Positions 8,376 through 18,304 of a stretch of DNA of 64,000 nt are shown in pieces (the first letter of the stretch is position 1; every line of letters starts with the position of its first letter). Under the pieces are notes generated by a model. It worked only from the letters and a program-made list of their open reading frames with translations, had not been told where the DNA came from and searched no databases. The stretch is from a virus. The position numbers and the translations under genes were made by a program. The stretch covers positions 1 to 64,000 of the IMG/VR virus record IMGVR_UViG_3300027881_000008; one strand, written 5' to 3'.

Positions 8376-9805
8376 GCGAAGAAGAAGAGAAACTACCGAA
8401 GACGAGCTACCGCGACCTCCTGCTGTGGAGGGCCAACGGCCACGAGGTGGACGAGGTGGAACTCGGACGCTGGCGGCGGGAGGAGGAACTCATTCGGTGC
8501 GCCATAGCCTACTCCTCTCATTTCAGGGGTGTAGCGGTCATACCTAAACACTTCCTTGCGCCTCTGCATGCGCTGGCTTGGGAAGCGATCATGCAGCTCG
8601 TGGAAGACGACCCCTACCGAGGACCGGCCCAAGAGGCGGACGACGCCCGTCTGGACACGGCGGTCATGTTGAGTCTCATGCGGGAGCAGAGCGACGAGCT
8701 TGCCGGCGGGCACCGCGGCGCTGGGTGGATTTTCGCCATCGCTCAAGAGAACCCGGTGAACCCTCGTTACGCCCTCCAACACCTGGTGGTGGAAGTGCGG
8801 CGCCACCATCGCATCAGGTTGTGGGAGGTGCAGGGGTCGGCCCTTCGCCGTAGGGTCTCCACGGACAAAGACCTGGCGTCACTCGAGTTCGACTTTGCTC
8901 ATTTTGGCATGGAGATGGCCTTGGCGTCCCAGGGCGAAGGGAGGGTAGACGTCCCGCTAGAGGAGTTTGACTGGGATCCTCACTCCGACGTGGCAGCGTC
9001 GCTGGTTCCGACGGGGATCAAGATCATCGACAGAAGCGCGGGGGGCGGCCACGGGCGGGGAGAGATGCTCGTCTGGGGAGGCGGCACCGGCCACGGCAAA
9101 AGCTACGCCGCGCGCTCGCTTCTCAAGGCGCAGACCGAACTCGGACAGCGAGCGCTCTACATTAGCTGCGAGGACGCTAAGGAGCTGATGTTTTGCCGAA
9201 CCGTCGCCGACTACTCGGAGCCTAAGCTGGCGCCCCAGGCCGTTCGTCAGAAGACTGCCGATCCCGAGGTAGTGGGACGCGCAATCACCGCCATGAAGGT
9301 CGCGCAGGCCGGCCGCATTCACGTCATCGTGCGGAAGAAGCCAACCATCTCGGAGGTCATGAGCGCAATACACACCTACCGTTACGTGGAAGGAGTCGAC
9401 CTCGTCATCGTGGACTACCTACAGGCGATCCGCGAGGACGAGCCCATGACGAACAAAGTTCAGGAGATGGCCTCTATCACTAGCAAACTCAAGCGCTGCT
9501 TTACCGACGCGGACGTCGCCGGCGTGGTGTTCAGCCAGTACTCGCGGGAGAGTTACAAGGACGGAACGGAGCCTGGGCTCAACGCGTGCAAGTACTGCGG
9601 CGACATTGAAAACGAAAGCGAGATCATGGTGATGATGTGGCGGACGCCGAGCGGTGAACTGATGGTCAAGTTGCCCAAGGCAAAGTGGTCCGCCACGCGG
9701 GACGTGGTTTACGCGATAGACGTGGACCCGACGACGGGCTGCCACCGGGGATGGCTCCCGGCGGAGAGAAGAGAAGAACCCGAAAAGAAACGGAGCAGAA
9801 GATGA
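8372..9805 (+). CDS. dnaB: DnaB-like (SF4) replicative helicase
   Basis: Walker A GGTGHGKS, YISCED, Walker B VIVDYLQ, FSQYSRE and GDIENESE. Confidence 0.9.
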   Translation: MSEEEEKLPKTSYRDLLLWRANGHEVDEVELGRWRREEELIRCAIAYSSHFRGVAVIPKHFLAPLHALAWEAIMQLVEDDPYRGPAQEADDARLDTAVMLSLMREQSDELAGGHRGAGWIFAIAQENPVNPRYALQHLVVEVRRHHRIRLWEVQGSALRRRVSTDKDLASLEFDFAHFGMEMALASQGEGRVDVPLEEFDWDPHSDVAASLVPTGIKIIDRSAGGGHGRGEMLVWGGGTGHGKSYAARSLLKAQTELGQRALYISCEDAKELMFCRTVADYSEPKLAPQAVRQKTADPEVVGRAITAMKVAQAGRIHVIVRKKPTISEVMSAIHTYRYVEGVDLVIVDYLQAIREDEPMTNKVQEMASITSKLKRCFTDADVAGVVFSQYSRESYKDGTEPGLNACKYCGDIENESEIMVMMWRTPSGELMVKLPKAKWSATRDVVYAIDVDPTTGCHRGWLPAERREEPEKKRSRR

Positions 9806-9981
9806 GCGAAGAGACTGGGACAACTGGCCGAGACGACGGCCCCCACCTGACAGACCCGCCTCTCGCGGAGCGCTTGGCTAAGTGCACCGAACTGGGCCTT
9901 CACGACTTCATCAGCCTAGAGGGGTGCGTGCCCCGTTGCCTCTTCTGCGGCGCTCTAAAGGATCAGCGTGCCAGTTCCTGA
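9802..9981 (+). CDS. Small Cys/His-containing hypothetical protein
   Basis: ATGA coupling with the helicase stop; C..H...CLFC. Confidence 0.4.
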   Translation: MSEETGTTGRDDGPHLTDPPLAERLAKCTELGLHDFISLEGCVPRCLFCGALKDQRASS

Positions 9982-10246
9982 GCAAGACGAAAGAGGGCCC
10001 GACGGGGTCATGGAGTGCGGCTCCTGCTTGACCGTTTTTATCGTCGAGCTTGAGGGGGACGACCTCCACCCGTTGTCGGCCGCAGCCGACCGTTTGTGCG
10101 GCGGGTGGCACGGGTCTCCAGTGATCTGCGCCAGGTGTTCGTTCCCCGTATGTCGAGGGTGCAGCACGGAACCTGGGAGGCGGTCCAACATCCACCTTTC
10201 CTGCGCTGGAGGCCAGCCGGGCGTCACGGGGCGCTCATGGAACTGA
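9968..10246 (+). CDS. Small zinc-finger protein
   Basis: CGSC, CARC, CRGC and HLSC motifs. Confidence 0.45.
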   Translation: MPVPEQDERGPDGVMECGSCLTVFIVELEGDDLHPLSAAADRLCGGWHGSPVICARCSFPVCRGCSTEPGRRSNIHLSCAGGQPGVTGRSWN

Positions 10247-11256
10247 CGCTCTGGTCCGTAGGCCGCCTGTTCGGGAAAAGCCTTCCTCCCCTCGGGAAGC
10301 GGAGCTGGTGCCCCATACGGAAACACCGGAAGTCGGCCAAGTCGTTCACCGTCTTCCGCGCCAGGAGCGGAGCGGTGCTCTACAAGTGTCACTCCTGCGA
10401 CCCCCCGGTTGACGTCGGAGACGCGGTCGCCCTGTACGCGGCGCTCGACAACACCGACCGGCGCTCTGCCTGGGCTACTCTCAAGGAACAGGGCTACGCG
10501 GTGCCGGGCCTGAGAGAAAAGGGCGCGCCTTTCCGGCCCGCGCGGCCAGCGCCAGTTCGTCGGCCCGTTGTTCCGACGCGCGGCGAGGAACCGTCGGCTA
10601 CTATTCCCCTGGACCCGCAGCGGTGGGAGGAACACCTGGCGCGGCGCGTGGGGGCGGTGGAGAAGCTCGCGGCGACGCGGCTGCTCGACCCCTCCGTCCT
10701 CCGGGAACTCGACGTAGTGGACATCGACGCCACCCATGTGGGGTTCGGGTACCGAGAGCCCACGCGCGGCGTCGCCTGCCGCGTGAAGGTGCGGGGATTG
10801 GAGAGGAAGTCCTTTTGGGTCGAGCCGCGCGGCGATAGGGGCAAGGCGCTCGCGCCGCTTTATCTCGCCCATGCTCTTGACCAGTCGCTGCGTTTCGCCG
10901 TGGTTCACGAGGGCGAGCTCGACGCCCTCACGCTGGCCCAGGCCCGTCTTCCGAACTCGGTGTCGCTGCCAGATGGCGCCCGCTCGGCGGCGACCGTGGA
11001 CCTGCGACCGCTGAGAAACTACCCGCTTTGGCTGCTAGCGACCGACGCCGACGAGGCGGGGAGACGCGGCGCCGAGGTTCTCGAACGACGAGCCGCGCGC
11101 CTTGGATGCCAGGCGGTTCGCGTCCGCTGGAAGGCGGGAGGCAGCCTTTTCAAGGATGCCAGTGAGGCGTGGGTCGCAGGCGCCCGCCGGGCGACCATGG
11201 CCGCCTGCCTTAGTGACGCCTGCCACGCCGCGCTGGGCTACCGGGTCGAGATATGA
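10237..11256 (+). CDS. DNA primase (CHC2-type Zn finger plus TOPRIM)
   Basis: WCPIRKH...YKCHSC, HEGELDALTL, DADEAG and KDASE. Confidence 0.88.
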   Translation: MELTLWSVGRLFGKSLPPLGKRSWCPIRKHRKSAKSFTVFRARSGAVLYKCHSCDPPVDVGDAVALYAALDNTDRRSAWATLKEQGYAVPGLREKGAPFRPARPAPVRRPVVPTRGEEPSATIPLDPQRWEEHLARRVGAVEKLAATRLLDPSVLRELDVVDIDATHVGFGYREPTRGVACRVKVRGLERKSFWVEPRGDRGKALAPLYLAHALDQSLRFAVVHEGELDALTLAQARLPNSVSLPDGARSAATVDLRPLRNYPLWLLATDADEAGRRGAEVLERRAARLGCQAVRVRWKAGGSLFKDASEAWVAGARRATMAACLSDACHAALGYRVEI

Positions 11257-11825
11257 GGCCGACGACGCCGGCCCCGCCGCCAGACCCGCCGCTTTCCGTC
11301 GAGCAGGAGGACGCCATCAGGCGCGAGCGCCAGCTCGCCGACGACGCTCGGGCTTTGGCGCCAGCTCGGCGGGCGCGCCTTCGGGACCGCCTGAGCATGC
11401 GCCCCAAGGAGCAGTTCGTTCGCGACTTCCTCGCTGCGTCGCGAGTGGGGGCCTACCCTGTCGTCGCAGACGAGGTCGCCGATGCCAACGAGGTGGACTA
11501 CGCGGCTCACTATCCGGGGGAGTCGCTGGTCACGGTCGTGGAGCGCGAGGTAAGGCGCTGTTACGAGCGCCACCAGTTCCCCGGTCAGTCGGCGCGCTCG
11601 GTAGCCTGCGACATCCTAAACAGTTCGTGCGGGTCGTTCCTCTTCTCGTTGCGTGGCTCTCCCGAGACCTCTCTCTCTACGGAGTTGGTCCTGGCCCACC
11701 TCGAGACGCTAGGGTTCGGCCTTCCCCCCGCGGTCGCCTTTTCGGTTGCTGTTAGGGTCACACTCGCGCTGCTCAACCGCGACCTGATCAGCGAGGCGAA
11801 CGGAGAGGACGCGACGCCGTTTTGA
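11253..11825 (+). CDS. Hypothetical protein
   Basis: ATGA- and GTG-coupled within the replication operon. Confidence 0.5.
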   Translation: MRPTTPAPPPDPPLSVEQEDAIRRERQLADDARALAPARRARLRDRLSMRPKEQFVRDFLAASRVGAYPVVADEVADANEVDYAAHYPGESLVTVVEREVRRCYERHQFPGQSARSVACDILNSSCGSFLFSLRGSPETSLSTELVLAHLETLGFGLPPAVAFSVAVRVTLALLNRDLISEANGEDATPF

Positions 11826-12298
11826 AGTGGGGGGACCCCAGGGATTTCTTCGCCGAACGCTGTGCTGACACCGAGGACGAGCGGGAGTGGATGAGCGGCG
11901 GTACGCTTTACGCGCACTACCGCCGGCGCTGCTTCCGGTGTGGCGTTCGAGCCCTGGGACTGGGGCGCTTCCGCGCCGCGTTGGAGAGGCGCACCGAGGG
12001 CGTCGTGGAAGAGGTCCACGGCCACATCATCTACCCGTTGGAGATTTTGGACGAGGAGCACTGGGAACTCGCCGAGGGACCCCCTACGACGCAGGAGCCC
12101 GCTCGCGCACGCGCCTCGTTGAGGGTGTTGGTCACTCAGGCGTACCGCGACGTTCCCATGCCAGCGGGGGAGGTGGTGCGGTGGCTTGAGCCCACCTGGG
12201 GGGAGAAACAACGCTTGGAGCCTGACGACCTGGTGGTGGAGTGGCGGGGTGCTCGGCGCTACATTAAGAGTCGAGCGGCTGAGGTGGTAGACTCGTAG
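11822..12298 (+). CDS. Protein with D5/P4-primase C-terminal-like winged helix
   Basis: FFAERC...SGGTLYAHYRRRC...ALGLGRFRAAL pattern. Confidence 0.55.
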   Translation: MKWGDPRDFFAERCADTEDEREWMSGGTLYAHYRRRCFRCGVRALGLGRFRAALERRTEGVVEEVHGHIIYPLEILDEEHWELAEGPPTTQEPARARASLRVLVTQAYRDVPMPAGEVVRWLEPTWGEKQRLEPDDLVVEWRGARRYIKSRAAEVVDS

Positions 12299-12334
12299 CG
12301 CCGCGCCGTGGTACCGCCGTGGTATAGCCACACC

Positions 12335-12826
12335 ATGGGCCAGCTCGTCGACATAGCAAAACGGATTCTTAGCGAGGCGTTCTACCCCGAGGTGGGAGAC
12401 CTACCTCCCGCAGACGCATCGCTCGGGGGCGACGTGGCTGACCAGGCCGCCGCCATTTGGGAGCACAAGCGCCTCTCCCGCATCAACGCCGAGTACTTCG
12501 TGGTCATTGAGCGCATGGAGGCAGAGCGCGACGAGTGGAAAGAGATGTTTTTCGAGCAGAGCCGCCAGCACCTTGCGGCCCAGGCTATGTTGTCTCGCCA
12601 GCTCGGGGAATCGCGCCAGCAACTCCGCGCGGCGGTCCAACAACTCAACTTCTACCGAAAATGTGCGGACCACGAGCCGATTAAAGAGCCGGCCGGACTG
12701 GATGCGAGCCCCTCGGCGATCCCCGACGGGTACAAGGCTAAGATGGACGCCCTGGTGGCTGGCGCCCCGGAGCCCACGGACGGGAAAGCTGCGCGCGCCC
12801 GCATCGCGAGCGCTCAAAAGTCTTGA
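12335..12826 (+). CDS. Coiled-coil hypothetical protein
   Basis: In-frame ATG at 12335; heptad-like centre. Confidence 0.55.
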   Translation: MGQLVDIAKRILSEAFYPEVGDLPPADASLGGDVADQAAAIWEHKRLSRINAEYFVVIERMEAERDEWKEMFFEQSRQHLAAQAMLSRQLGESRQQLRAAVQQLNFYRKCADHEPIKEPAGLDASPSAIPDGYKAKMDALVAGAPEPTDGKAARARIASAQKS

Positions 12827-12850
12827 CGGCTGGAGGGAGCCCGGTATGCT
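12823..12850 (+). promoter_or_regulatory. Sigma70-like promoter for the structural operon
   Basis: TTGACG-N16-TATGCT about 80 nt upstream of the 12932 start. Confidence 0.5.
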
Positions 12851-12931
12851 CGTCACGGATCTACAGTTGTTGGCTGCACCTTCGGGTTAAGCGGGGCCAA
12901 CGCGCTGTGCCAAGAAAGCACAGGTGCGTTT

Positions 12932-15343
12932 GTGTCTCGCCGAAGAGCGTTAGCAAAGAAAATTACGCGTAAACAGGCTCGCGCCTACGACCGCACCGTT
13001 CCCAATCCGATGGGCGTCACCGCCATCGCCGCGGTGAACGGCCCGGGTAGCTATGCCCGCCGCTACGAGGCCACTCGCCAGCTTCTTGAGCGCGAGCCCT
13101 CCAGCCGACGTCGCCCGGTTCGCCCCAACAAGGCCACGCGCCGGCGCATCAAGACTTGGGCCGAGTTCCAAAAGCTGGCGGCCGTGGCCAACGCTCCCCC
13201 CAAGAAGCGCCGGGCGATGTACAGGTCGTACCACCAGAAGCATACCGGCAGGCTCCCGCCCGCCTCGGCTTGGACAGAAGCGAAGCCCAAGGCGAAGCCC
13301 AAGGCGAAGCCCAAGGCCAAGGCCAAGGCCAAGCCCCGGGCGAAAGCGAAGCCCAAGCCTCGCGCAAAGGCTCCCTTGAAGCGAGCCAAGAAGCGCCAGA
13401 CGAAGGCCGATTGGGTGCGCATGAAGCGCCGCGAGAAGCCTGGCGCCAGCGACGAGCAACTGAACGCTTGGTGGAACAGCAAAAAAAGAGGAGACGAGCG
13501 TCAGCGGGCTATCAGGGCGTCCAAACAGGGGCGAGCAGCGGTTGCCCGCACTCCCGCTGGCCGTGAGGCCGCGCGTAGGAAGCGGATGCTGGGGGCGCAG
13601 AAGAAGACCGGCAAGAAGACCGGCAAGAAGACCGGCAAGAAGCGCCAAACGAAGGCCGACTGGGAGCGCGCACAACGGCGCAAACACCCCGGGGTGAGCG
13701 ACAAGCAGCTCGCCGCCCGGTGGAAGTTGGGGCAGGCGTCCAAGAAGCGCTACGCAGCTTCAAAGCGCCAGCGAGCCGAGGCCAAGCGAAAGAAGCAGGT
13801 CCGGCGCTACGGCAAAGGAAAGTTCAAGGCCGCGCGAGCTCGCGTCGGCAGCGGGGTGCCCACCGACTACTGGACCTACATGTACCGGGACAAGGGCGGT
13901 CGTATGCGGAAGATCCCCGTGTGGGCGCTCGCTGGCTACAGCAGTAGCCGCGCCGCGCAGAAGGTACGAGACGAGGGAAGCCCACGCCGCCAAAGGGCGC
14001 TGGAGAAGCGTCTCGAAGCAATCCGAGTACGGCGGGACAAAGCGGTCGCCGTGGCGAAGAGACAGATCGAAAGAGGCACTGGCCGTTACGCCATGTTCTC
14101 ACCTAACCAAGAACGCACAATTACCTACGAGGAGTGGGAAGAAGACATGAGAGCAAACAGCCGGCGTCGCCGCCGTAAAAAGTCCACGAAGAAACGGCGC
14201 ACCCGTCGCGTTCGCCGCAATCCTGTCCACGCGAGCGCCCGCAAGGCTGCCCCCAAGCGCCGTCGCCGCCGTAAGGCGTCGACCCGCAAGGGAATGGTCC
14301 GCACCACGGCACGTCGAGCTTTCGAGTCGAATCGCCCGAAGCGTAAGCGCAAGCGCAAGAGCACCCGCAAGGGCATGGTGCGCCGCACCTCGCGTCGTGC
14401 GTATCGAAAGAACCAGGCCGCCACGTTCGGTGGGCGCTTCGTAGAGGTGCTTCAGATCGGTGGCGTGGTCGCAGTGGGCTTTGTTGTCCAGAAAGCTGCG
14501 ACCACCGGCATCGTGAAGGCAATCGGAGACAAGTTCCCCGAGAGCGTCTTGAAGTTCAAGGGCTCGCTCGTCGGTCTCGGCGTAGCTGCCGCCGGCGTGC
14601 TTATTGGGAGCGGGATGAAGTCCGCGGCGATGCAGAACTTCGCCGCTGGTATGGGCGCCGGCCTCGTGCACACGGTCGCGAAGGAGGCTCTGGCCGCTTT
14701 CGCCCCTGACTATGCCGACTACCTCGGTGCGCTTCCATCTCAGTACACGAACGCCGAAGGAAACCCGCAGTACAGCGGTTACGGCTCGTATTACGAGTTC
14801 AGCCCCCATCAGGTTTTTGATGGGGTCGGCGAGTACTACGAGACGGCTCCCGCGGCCGTTCCGACGAGCGGCTTCGGCCAGCTTCCCCAGCTCTACCAGG
14901 CTGCGGCGGCATACGGCCAGGCGCCTCCGGGAATCCCGCAGCTCACGCAACAGGCGGCCGGCTACGGCAACCTGGACGTGAACCAGCTCACGCAGGCGGC
15001 AGCTGGACTCGGCGCACCGATGCTCACCCAGGCCGCCGCAGGCGCCATGGGCGAGTATGTGGTGAGCGGAGGCAAAGGGATCGGCGAGTACGAGGAGGTC
15101 ACTCCTGAATACCAGAAGCCGACCACCACGGACGAGGGGATCCACCCCGACCTGACGAGCGCCGAATACGCGCTGTCGATTGCGGAAGCGGCGGCTGGCG
15201 TCGGCGCGTTCGGCGACAGCAACGTACCGCTGCAGAGCATCGTCAATCCAACCGGCCACCCCGAGGCCATCCCAGACATGCCAGGCGGCAGCCGAGCTGG
15301 CACCTTCGCTGGCCCCAACGGAGTCTTCGGACCCGGACACTGA
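12932..15343 (+). CDS. Very basic, membrane-anchored putative DNA-condensing core protein
   Basis: About 490 aa of K/R-rich sequence (AKPK and KKTG repeats, duplicated KKRQTKADW..PG.SD.QL.A.W, poly-Arg), then 2-3 hydrophobic helices, then an acidic G/A/Q tail with many G-phi-G motifs. Possible internal ATG at 14147. Confidence 0.7.
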   Translation: MSRRRALAKKITRKQARAYDRTVPNPMGVTAIAAVNGPGSYARRYEATRQLLEREPSSRRRPVRPNKATRRRIKTWAEFQKLAAVANAPPKKRRAMYRSYHQKHTGRLPPASAWTEAKPKAKPKAKPKAKAKAKPRAKAKPKPRAKAPLKRAKKRQTKADWVRMKRREKPGASDEQLNAWWNSKKRGDERQRAIRASKQGRAAVARTPAGREAARRKRMLGAQKKTGKKTGKKTGKKRQTKADWERAQRRKHPGVSDKQLAARWKLGQASKKRYAASKRQRAEAKRKKQVRRYGKGKFKAARARVGSGVPTDYWTYMYRDKGGRMRKIPVWALAGYSSSRAAQKVRDEGSPRRQRALEKRLEAIRVRRDKAVAVAKRQIERGTGRYAMFSPNQERTITYEEWEEDMRANSRRRRRKKSTKKRRTRRVRRNPVHASARKAAPKRRRRRKASTRKGMVRTTARRAFESNRPKRKRKRKSTRKGMVRRTSRRAYRKNQAATFGGRFVEVLQIGGVVAVGFVVQKAATTGIVKAIGDKFPESVLKFKGSLVGLGVAAAGVLIGSGMKSAAMQNFAAGMGAGLVHTVAKEALAAFAPDYADYLGALPSQYTNAEGNPQYSGYGSYYEFSPHQVFDGVGEYYETAPAAVPTSGFGQLPQLYQAAAAYGQAPPGIPQLTQQAAGYGNLDVNQLTQAAAGLGAPMLTQAAAGAMGEYVVSGGKGIGEYEEVTPEYQKPTTTDEGIHPDLTSAEYALSIAEAAAGVGAFGDSNVPLQSIVNPTGHPEAIPDMPGGSRAGTFAGPNGVFGPGH

Positions 15344-15483
15344 AACCACTGCGTCCGACGGGGAGCGAGCTGGCCTTACGCTCCTCGTCACATGGCGCAA
15401 ACAAAAACTAGGCCAGGGCCGTAGCGGAACCAGGCCGCTTTATCAACGGAAGCCCAGAGAGAACAGAGAACACCATCCCTAAA

Positions 15484-16278
15484 TTGACAAATGTGCGAGA
15501 GCGCGTCCATCAGCCCTTTCGCGATACCCTAGTGCGGACGGCCGGTACACAGACCGGTAACGTCAGTGACAACACCAAGCTGTTTACCGTTGCGGGTAAA
15601 CCAGAAGGTGCAACGAACTTGCCCAACGGATCGACGCTTCCAAGCGATCAGTCGTTCGTCGTGCTGGCTCTGCGCGTCTTCACATGGTTCCGCAACAGCA
15701 TCCAGCGTCCCATGCAGCAGGGCGCGGCCCCAGGCCGGCTCGTCATCCCGCTCCCCGACGGAACCACCATCTTCGCCGGCAACGGCGACTTCAACCTTCC
15801 CTTCGGCGGTGGCCCGGTCACCGGCGCTGCCTTCGCAGCCGTGCTGAACGGGCAGGGAATCGGAGACGTCAACGACGTTCACCGATTGAACTGGCAAGCT
15901 GAAGAGCAGCTCCTATGGAGCTACGGTGCGGGCGATAAATTCTCCCTCACATCCATGCCGTCAGCGTACTTCCCATATGGCGGCGGGCTTCACGGCCAAT
16001 TGCCCTGTTCGACGGATTTGATTCTGTGGAACAACGGCATGCCGTCCCAAGAGGGCATCTTGCGTCTGGCAAGAGCAATCTTGATTCCCCCGCGACAGAA
16101 TATCAAGGCGGAAGCCAACATTGCGCGCCTCGATACCGGCCCCAATGCGGCGACCCTCGCCACCACCCAGGGAGCGCGTGATATGTTCTCCCTTCGCGAC
16201 AACCTCAATGCCCCGGACCTCATCAACAAGGTTATTAGTCTGACCTTTGACGGCTTGTTCAGCCGCGACGTGCAGTGA
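15484..16278 (+). CDS. Candidate major capsid protein (single jelly-roll-like)
   Basis: Beta-strand-like segments (TNLPNGSTLPSDQSFVVLALRV, ILIPPRQNIKAE, ISLTFDG). Follows the core protein, has a long structured leader and a downstream terminator. Start may be ATC at 15475. The fold is inferred. Confidence 0.55.
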   Translation: MTNVRERVHQPFRDTLVRTAGTQTGNVSDNTKLFTVAGKPEGATNLPNGSTLPSDQSFVVLALRVFTWFRNSIQRPMQQGAAPGRLVIPLPDGTTIFAGNGDFNLPFGGGPVTGAAFAAVLNGQGIGDVNDVHRLNWQAEEQLLWSYGAGDKFSLTSMPSAYFPYGGGLHGQLPCSTDLILWNNGMPSQEGILRLARAILIPPRQNIKAEANIARLDTGPNAATLATTQGARDMFSLRDNLNAPDLINKVISLTFDGLFSRDVQ

Positions 16279-16392
16279 GCCGTTAGCAGCGCGCCCGTTT
16301 TATATGCAGCAGAAAAAAAGTAGCAGAACATAACGGCGCGTTGCGCCACACCAAGTCGCCCGGCCTGGCAAGCGCGGGGCCTATTTTCGGGT

Positions 16393-16429
16393 CCCGACCA
16401 AAACCGGGTCGGGCGCCTCGGTTTTTTTC
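16393..16429 (+). terminator. Intrinsic terminator with an overlapping alternative hairpin
   Basis: AAAACCGGG-N8-CTCGGTTTTTTT overlaps CCCGACC-N7-GGTCGGG. Confidence 0.5.
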
Positions 16430-16490
16430 TCCGCCTCTTTTGGCGGTGTCGCCCCAGGCAAGACGCGGTCGTGGGGAATGAAGGAGCGTC

Positions 16491-17522
16491 ATGTACGGAA
16501 ACCAATACGACCCAGGCTTCGCCCAAGCAGTGCAGCAGCTGCGCGCAGAGATCAATCGCAACGCGGGCGGCCTTCGCAAGTACACCGACGAGCAGATGGC
16601 CAAGATGGTCGGACGCCTGGACGAGCTGAGCCGCGTGACCAGCGCCATGAGCGCCATCCGCTCGGGGGCCACCAAGGACCCGGGAGTGCGCCTCATCGAG
16701 GACATACCAGGGCGACGGGTGCCCTACGTCATGCTCGTAGATATACCCCTAGGTGCCGACACGACGAGCATTCGAGAAGGGTCCGTCACCATCTCTCAGG
16801 AGGGACCGTTCGTCGCCGTGCGTCGCATGGCCACCTTCCAGTCGGCCTACGAGTTCCAAGTCACCGACCCGGTGAGCAGCCAAGTGGCGCGTTTCGCAGG
16901 CCGGTCGTTCGGGCGCTACCGCCCCATTCACTCTGTCTGTGACACCAACGACAGTCAGCATAATGCGTGGTCCGACGCGAGCCGTTGGTACCTAGCGGCG
17001 CTCACCAACCCCGACGCGGTGCCAGGCCCCGCGGCCGAACTTCCCTCGGCTGCGCTCAGTCTTCCGAGCAACATGTCGAGCTTCCGCACCATGGAGTTCG
17101 ATGGGCGTATCAGCGTCATCAACGCTGGCTCGAGCTACCCCCGCCAGAACATCAGCGTGCCGTCTAGCTTCTGGGCCAGCGAGTGCAACAGTCCCGTCAC
17201 CCTAGGCGCTTTGGACTTCTTCGAGCGCGGTGAAGTGCTGACCGTTCGGGTTCAGCCCAACCATGTGTCGAATCCGCCAGCCGGAAACGTCGATGGCGAC
17301 TGCATCTTCCCTAACGCGGCGGCCCCAGGTTGGCCCTTTGTCGAGGGCCAGTACGACTCGCACGAAGGGATTTGTACTCCCGACGCAAGCACCCTCGCTA
17401 CCATCCGACCGTTTGAGCCAGCCCTCATCGCCAACGACCCCGTGGCCCGGCTTCCTGACGGTATCCTCACTATCGCATGGGAAGGCTACCGAATCATTCA
17501 GCCTGTTGGGCCGGTTGGATGA
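16491..17522 (+). CDS. Candidate second capsid/penton protein (N-terminal coil plus beta-rich domain)
   Basis: AAGGAG RBS; GSVTISQEGPFVAV, FFERGEVLTVRVQP and LTIAWEGYR beta-type segments. Confidence 0.5.
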   Translation: MYGNQYDPGFAQAVQQLRAEINRNAGGLRKYTDEQMAKMVGRLDELSRVTSAMSAIRSGATKDPGVRLIEDIPGRRVPYVMLVDIPLGADTTSIREGSVTISQEGPFVAVRRMATFQSAYEFQVTDPVSSQVARFAGRSFGRYRPIHSVCDTNDSQHNAWSDASRWYLAALTNPDAVPGPAAELPSAALSLPSNMSSFRTMEFDGRISVINAGSSYPRQNISVPSSFWASECNSPVTLGALDFFERGEVLTVRVQPNHVSNPPAGNVDGDCIFPNAAAPGWPFVEGQYDSHEGICTPDASTLATIRPFEPALIANDPVARLPDGILTIAWEGYRIIQPVGPVG

Positions 17523-18304
17523 GCCATATCCTCGACCGCCGTGCGCCGGAGCAGTTCATCCGTGAGCTGTCCCAAGAGGCGCGCCTCGTCCGTCAGGGCG
17601 CGGCAGGACAGGAGGCCGGCCCCCCAGGGCTCGGTCCCGAGCCTGCGGTGGTCCATCAGCCGGGGGGCGAGCTCCTCAACAAAATCCAAGACCCGGCGTT
17701 CGATACGGTCGAGCATCTTTTTCGGGCGCTCCCCGAGGACAGTTGGTTCTCCCCTACCACCTCGACCAAGCGCCCCATCAAGTTCGAGTTCGGCGTCTTC
17801 ACCGTTCCCCAGAGCCAGTATTTTCTGGTGACCGACTACGAGTTCGTGGCGCTTCGGCAGAGCGGCATCGACCCCTTCGACTTCATGCAGGCGGCGCCGT
17901 ACCGCTTCAGCGGCTTCATGGGGTTCGACATCACGCTCGATGGCCGGCGCGTGAGTAACCTCATGTACCAGCTCGACCCCGCCCCAGTGCAGTTCTTCCG
18001 TCAGGCGTTCGCGTCGCCCTTCGATCCTCGCGCGCCCGCCGCGAGCTTCAACCAAGCTGCGGCCAACAGCTTCGGCGCCGTGGCCGGCGAGGGCACGTCG
18101 CTCTTGCCCGTCCGCCCCAACGTACAGGGAAGCCGGAACATGCCCTTCACCATGATCGCCGAGCCTGGCACCAAGGTTGCGCTCTCGTGCGTCATCTTCC
18201 GCCGCGTGACTGCCGCTCTCGCGGGCCTCCAGGCGAGCGTGTCTGGCTACTCGATCCACGCCAACACTATGAGCGCACTGCTCAACCGAATGAGGCCCAG
18301 ATGA
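17519..18304 (+). CDS. Candidate third jelly-roll-like structural protein
   Basis: FEFGVFTVPQSQYFLVTDYEF, IAEPGTKVALSC and ASVSGY; ATGA-coupled. Confidence 0.5.
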   Translation: MSHILDRRAPEQFIRELSQEARLVRQGAAGQEAGPPGLGPEPAVVHQPGGELLNKIQDPAFDTVEHLFRALPEDSWFSPTTSTKRPIKFEFGVFTVPQSQYFLVTDYEFVALRQSGIDPFDFMQAAPYRFSGFMGFDITLDGRRVSNLMYQLDPAPVQFFRQAFASPFDPRAPAASFNQAAANSFGAVAGEGTSLLPVRPNVQGSRNMPFTMIAEPGTKVALSCVIFRRVTAALAGLQASVSGYSIHANTMSALLNRMRPR

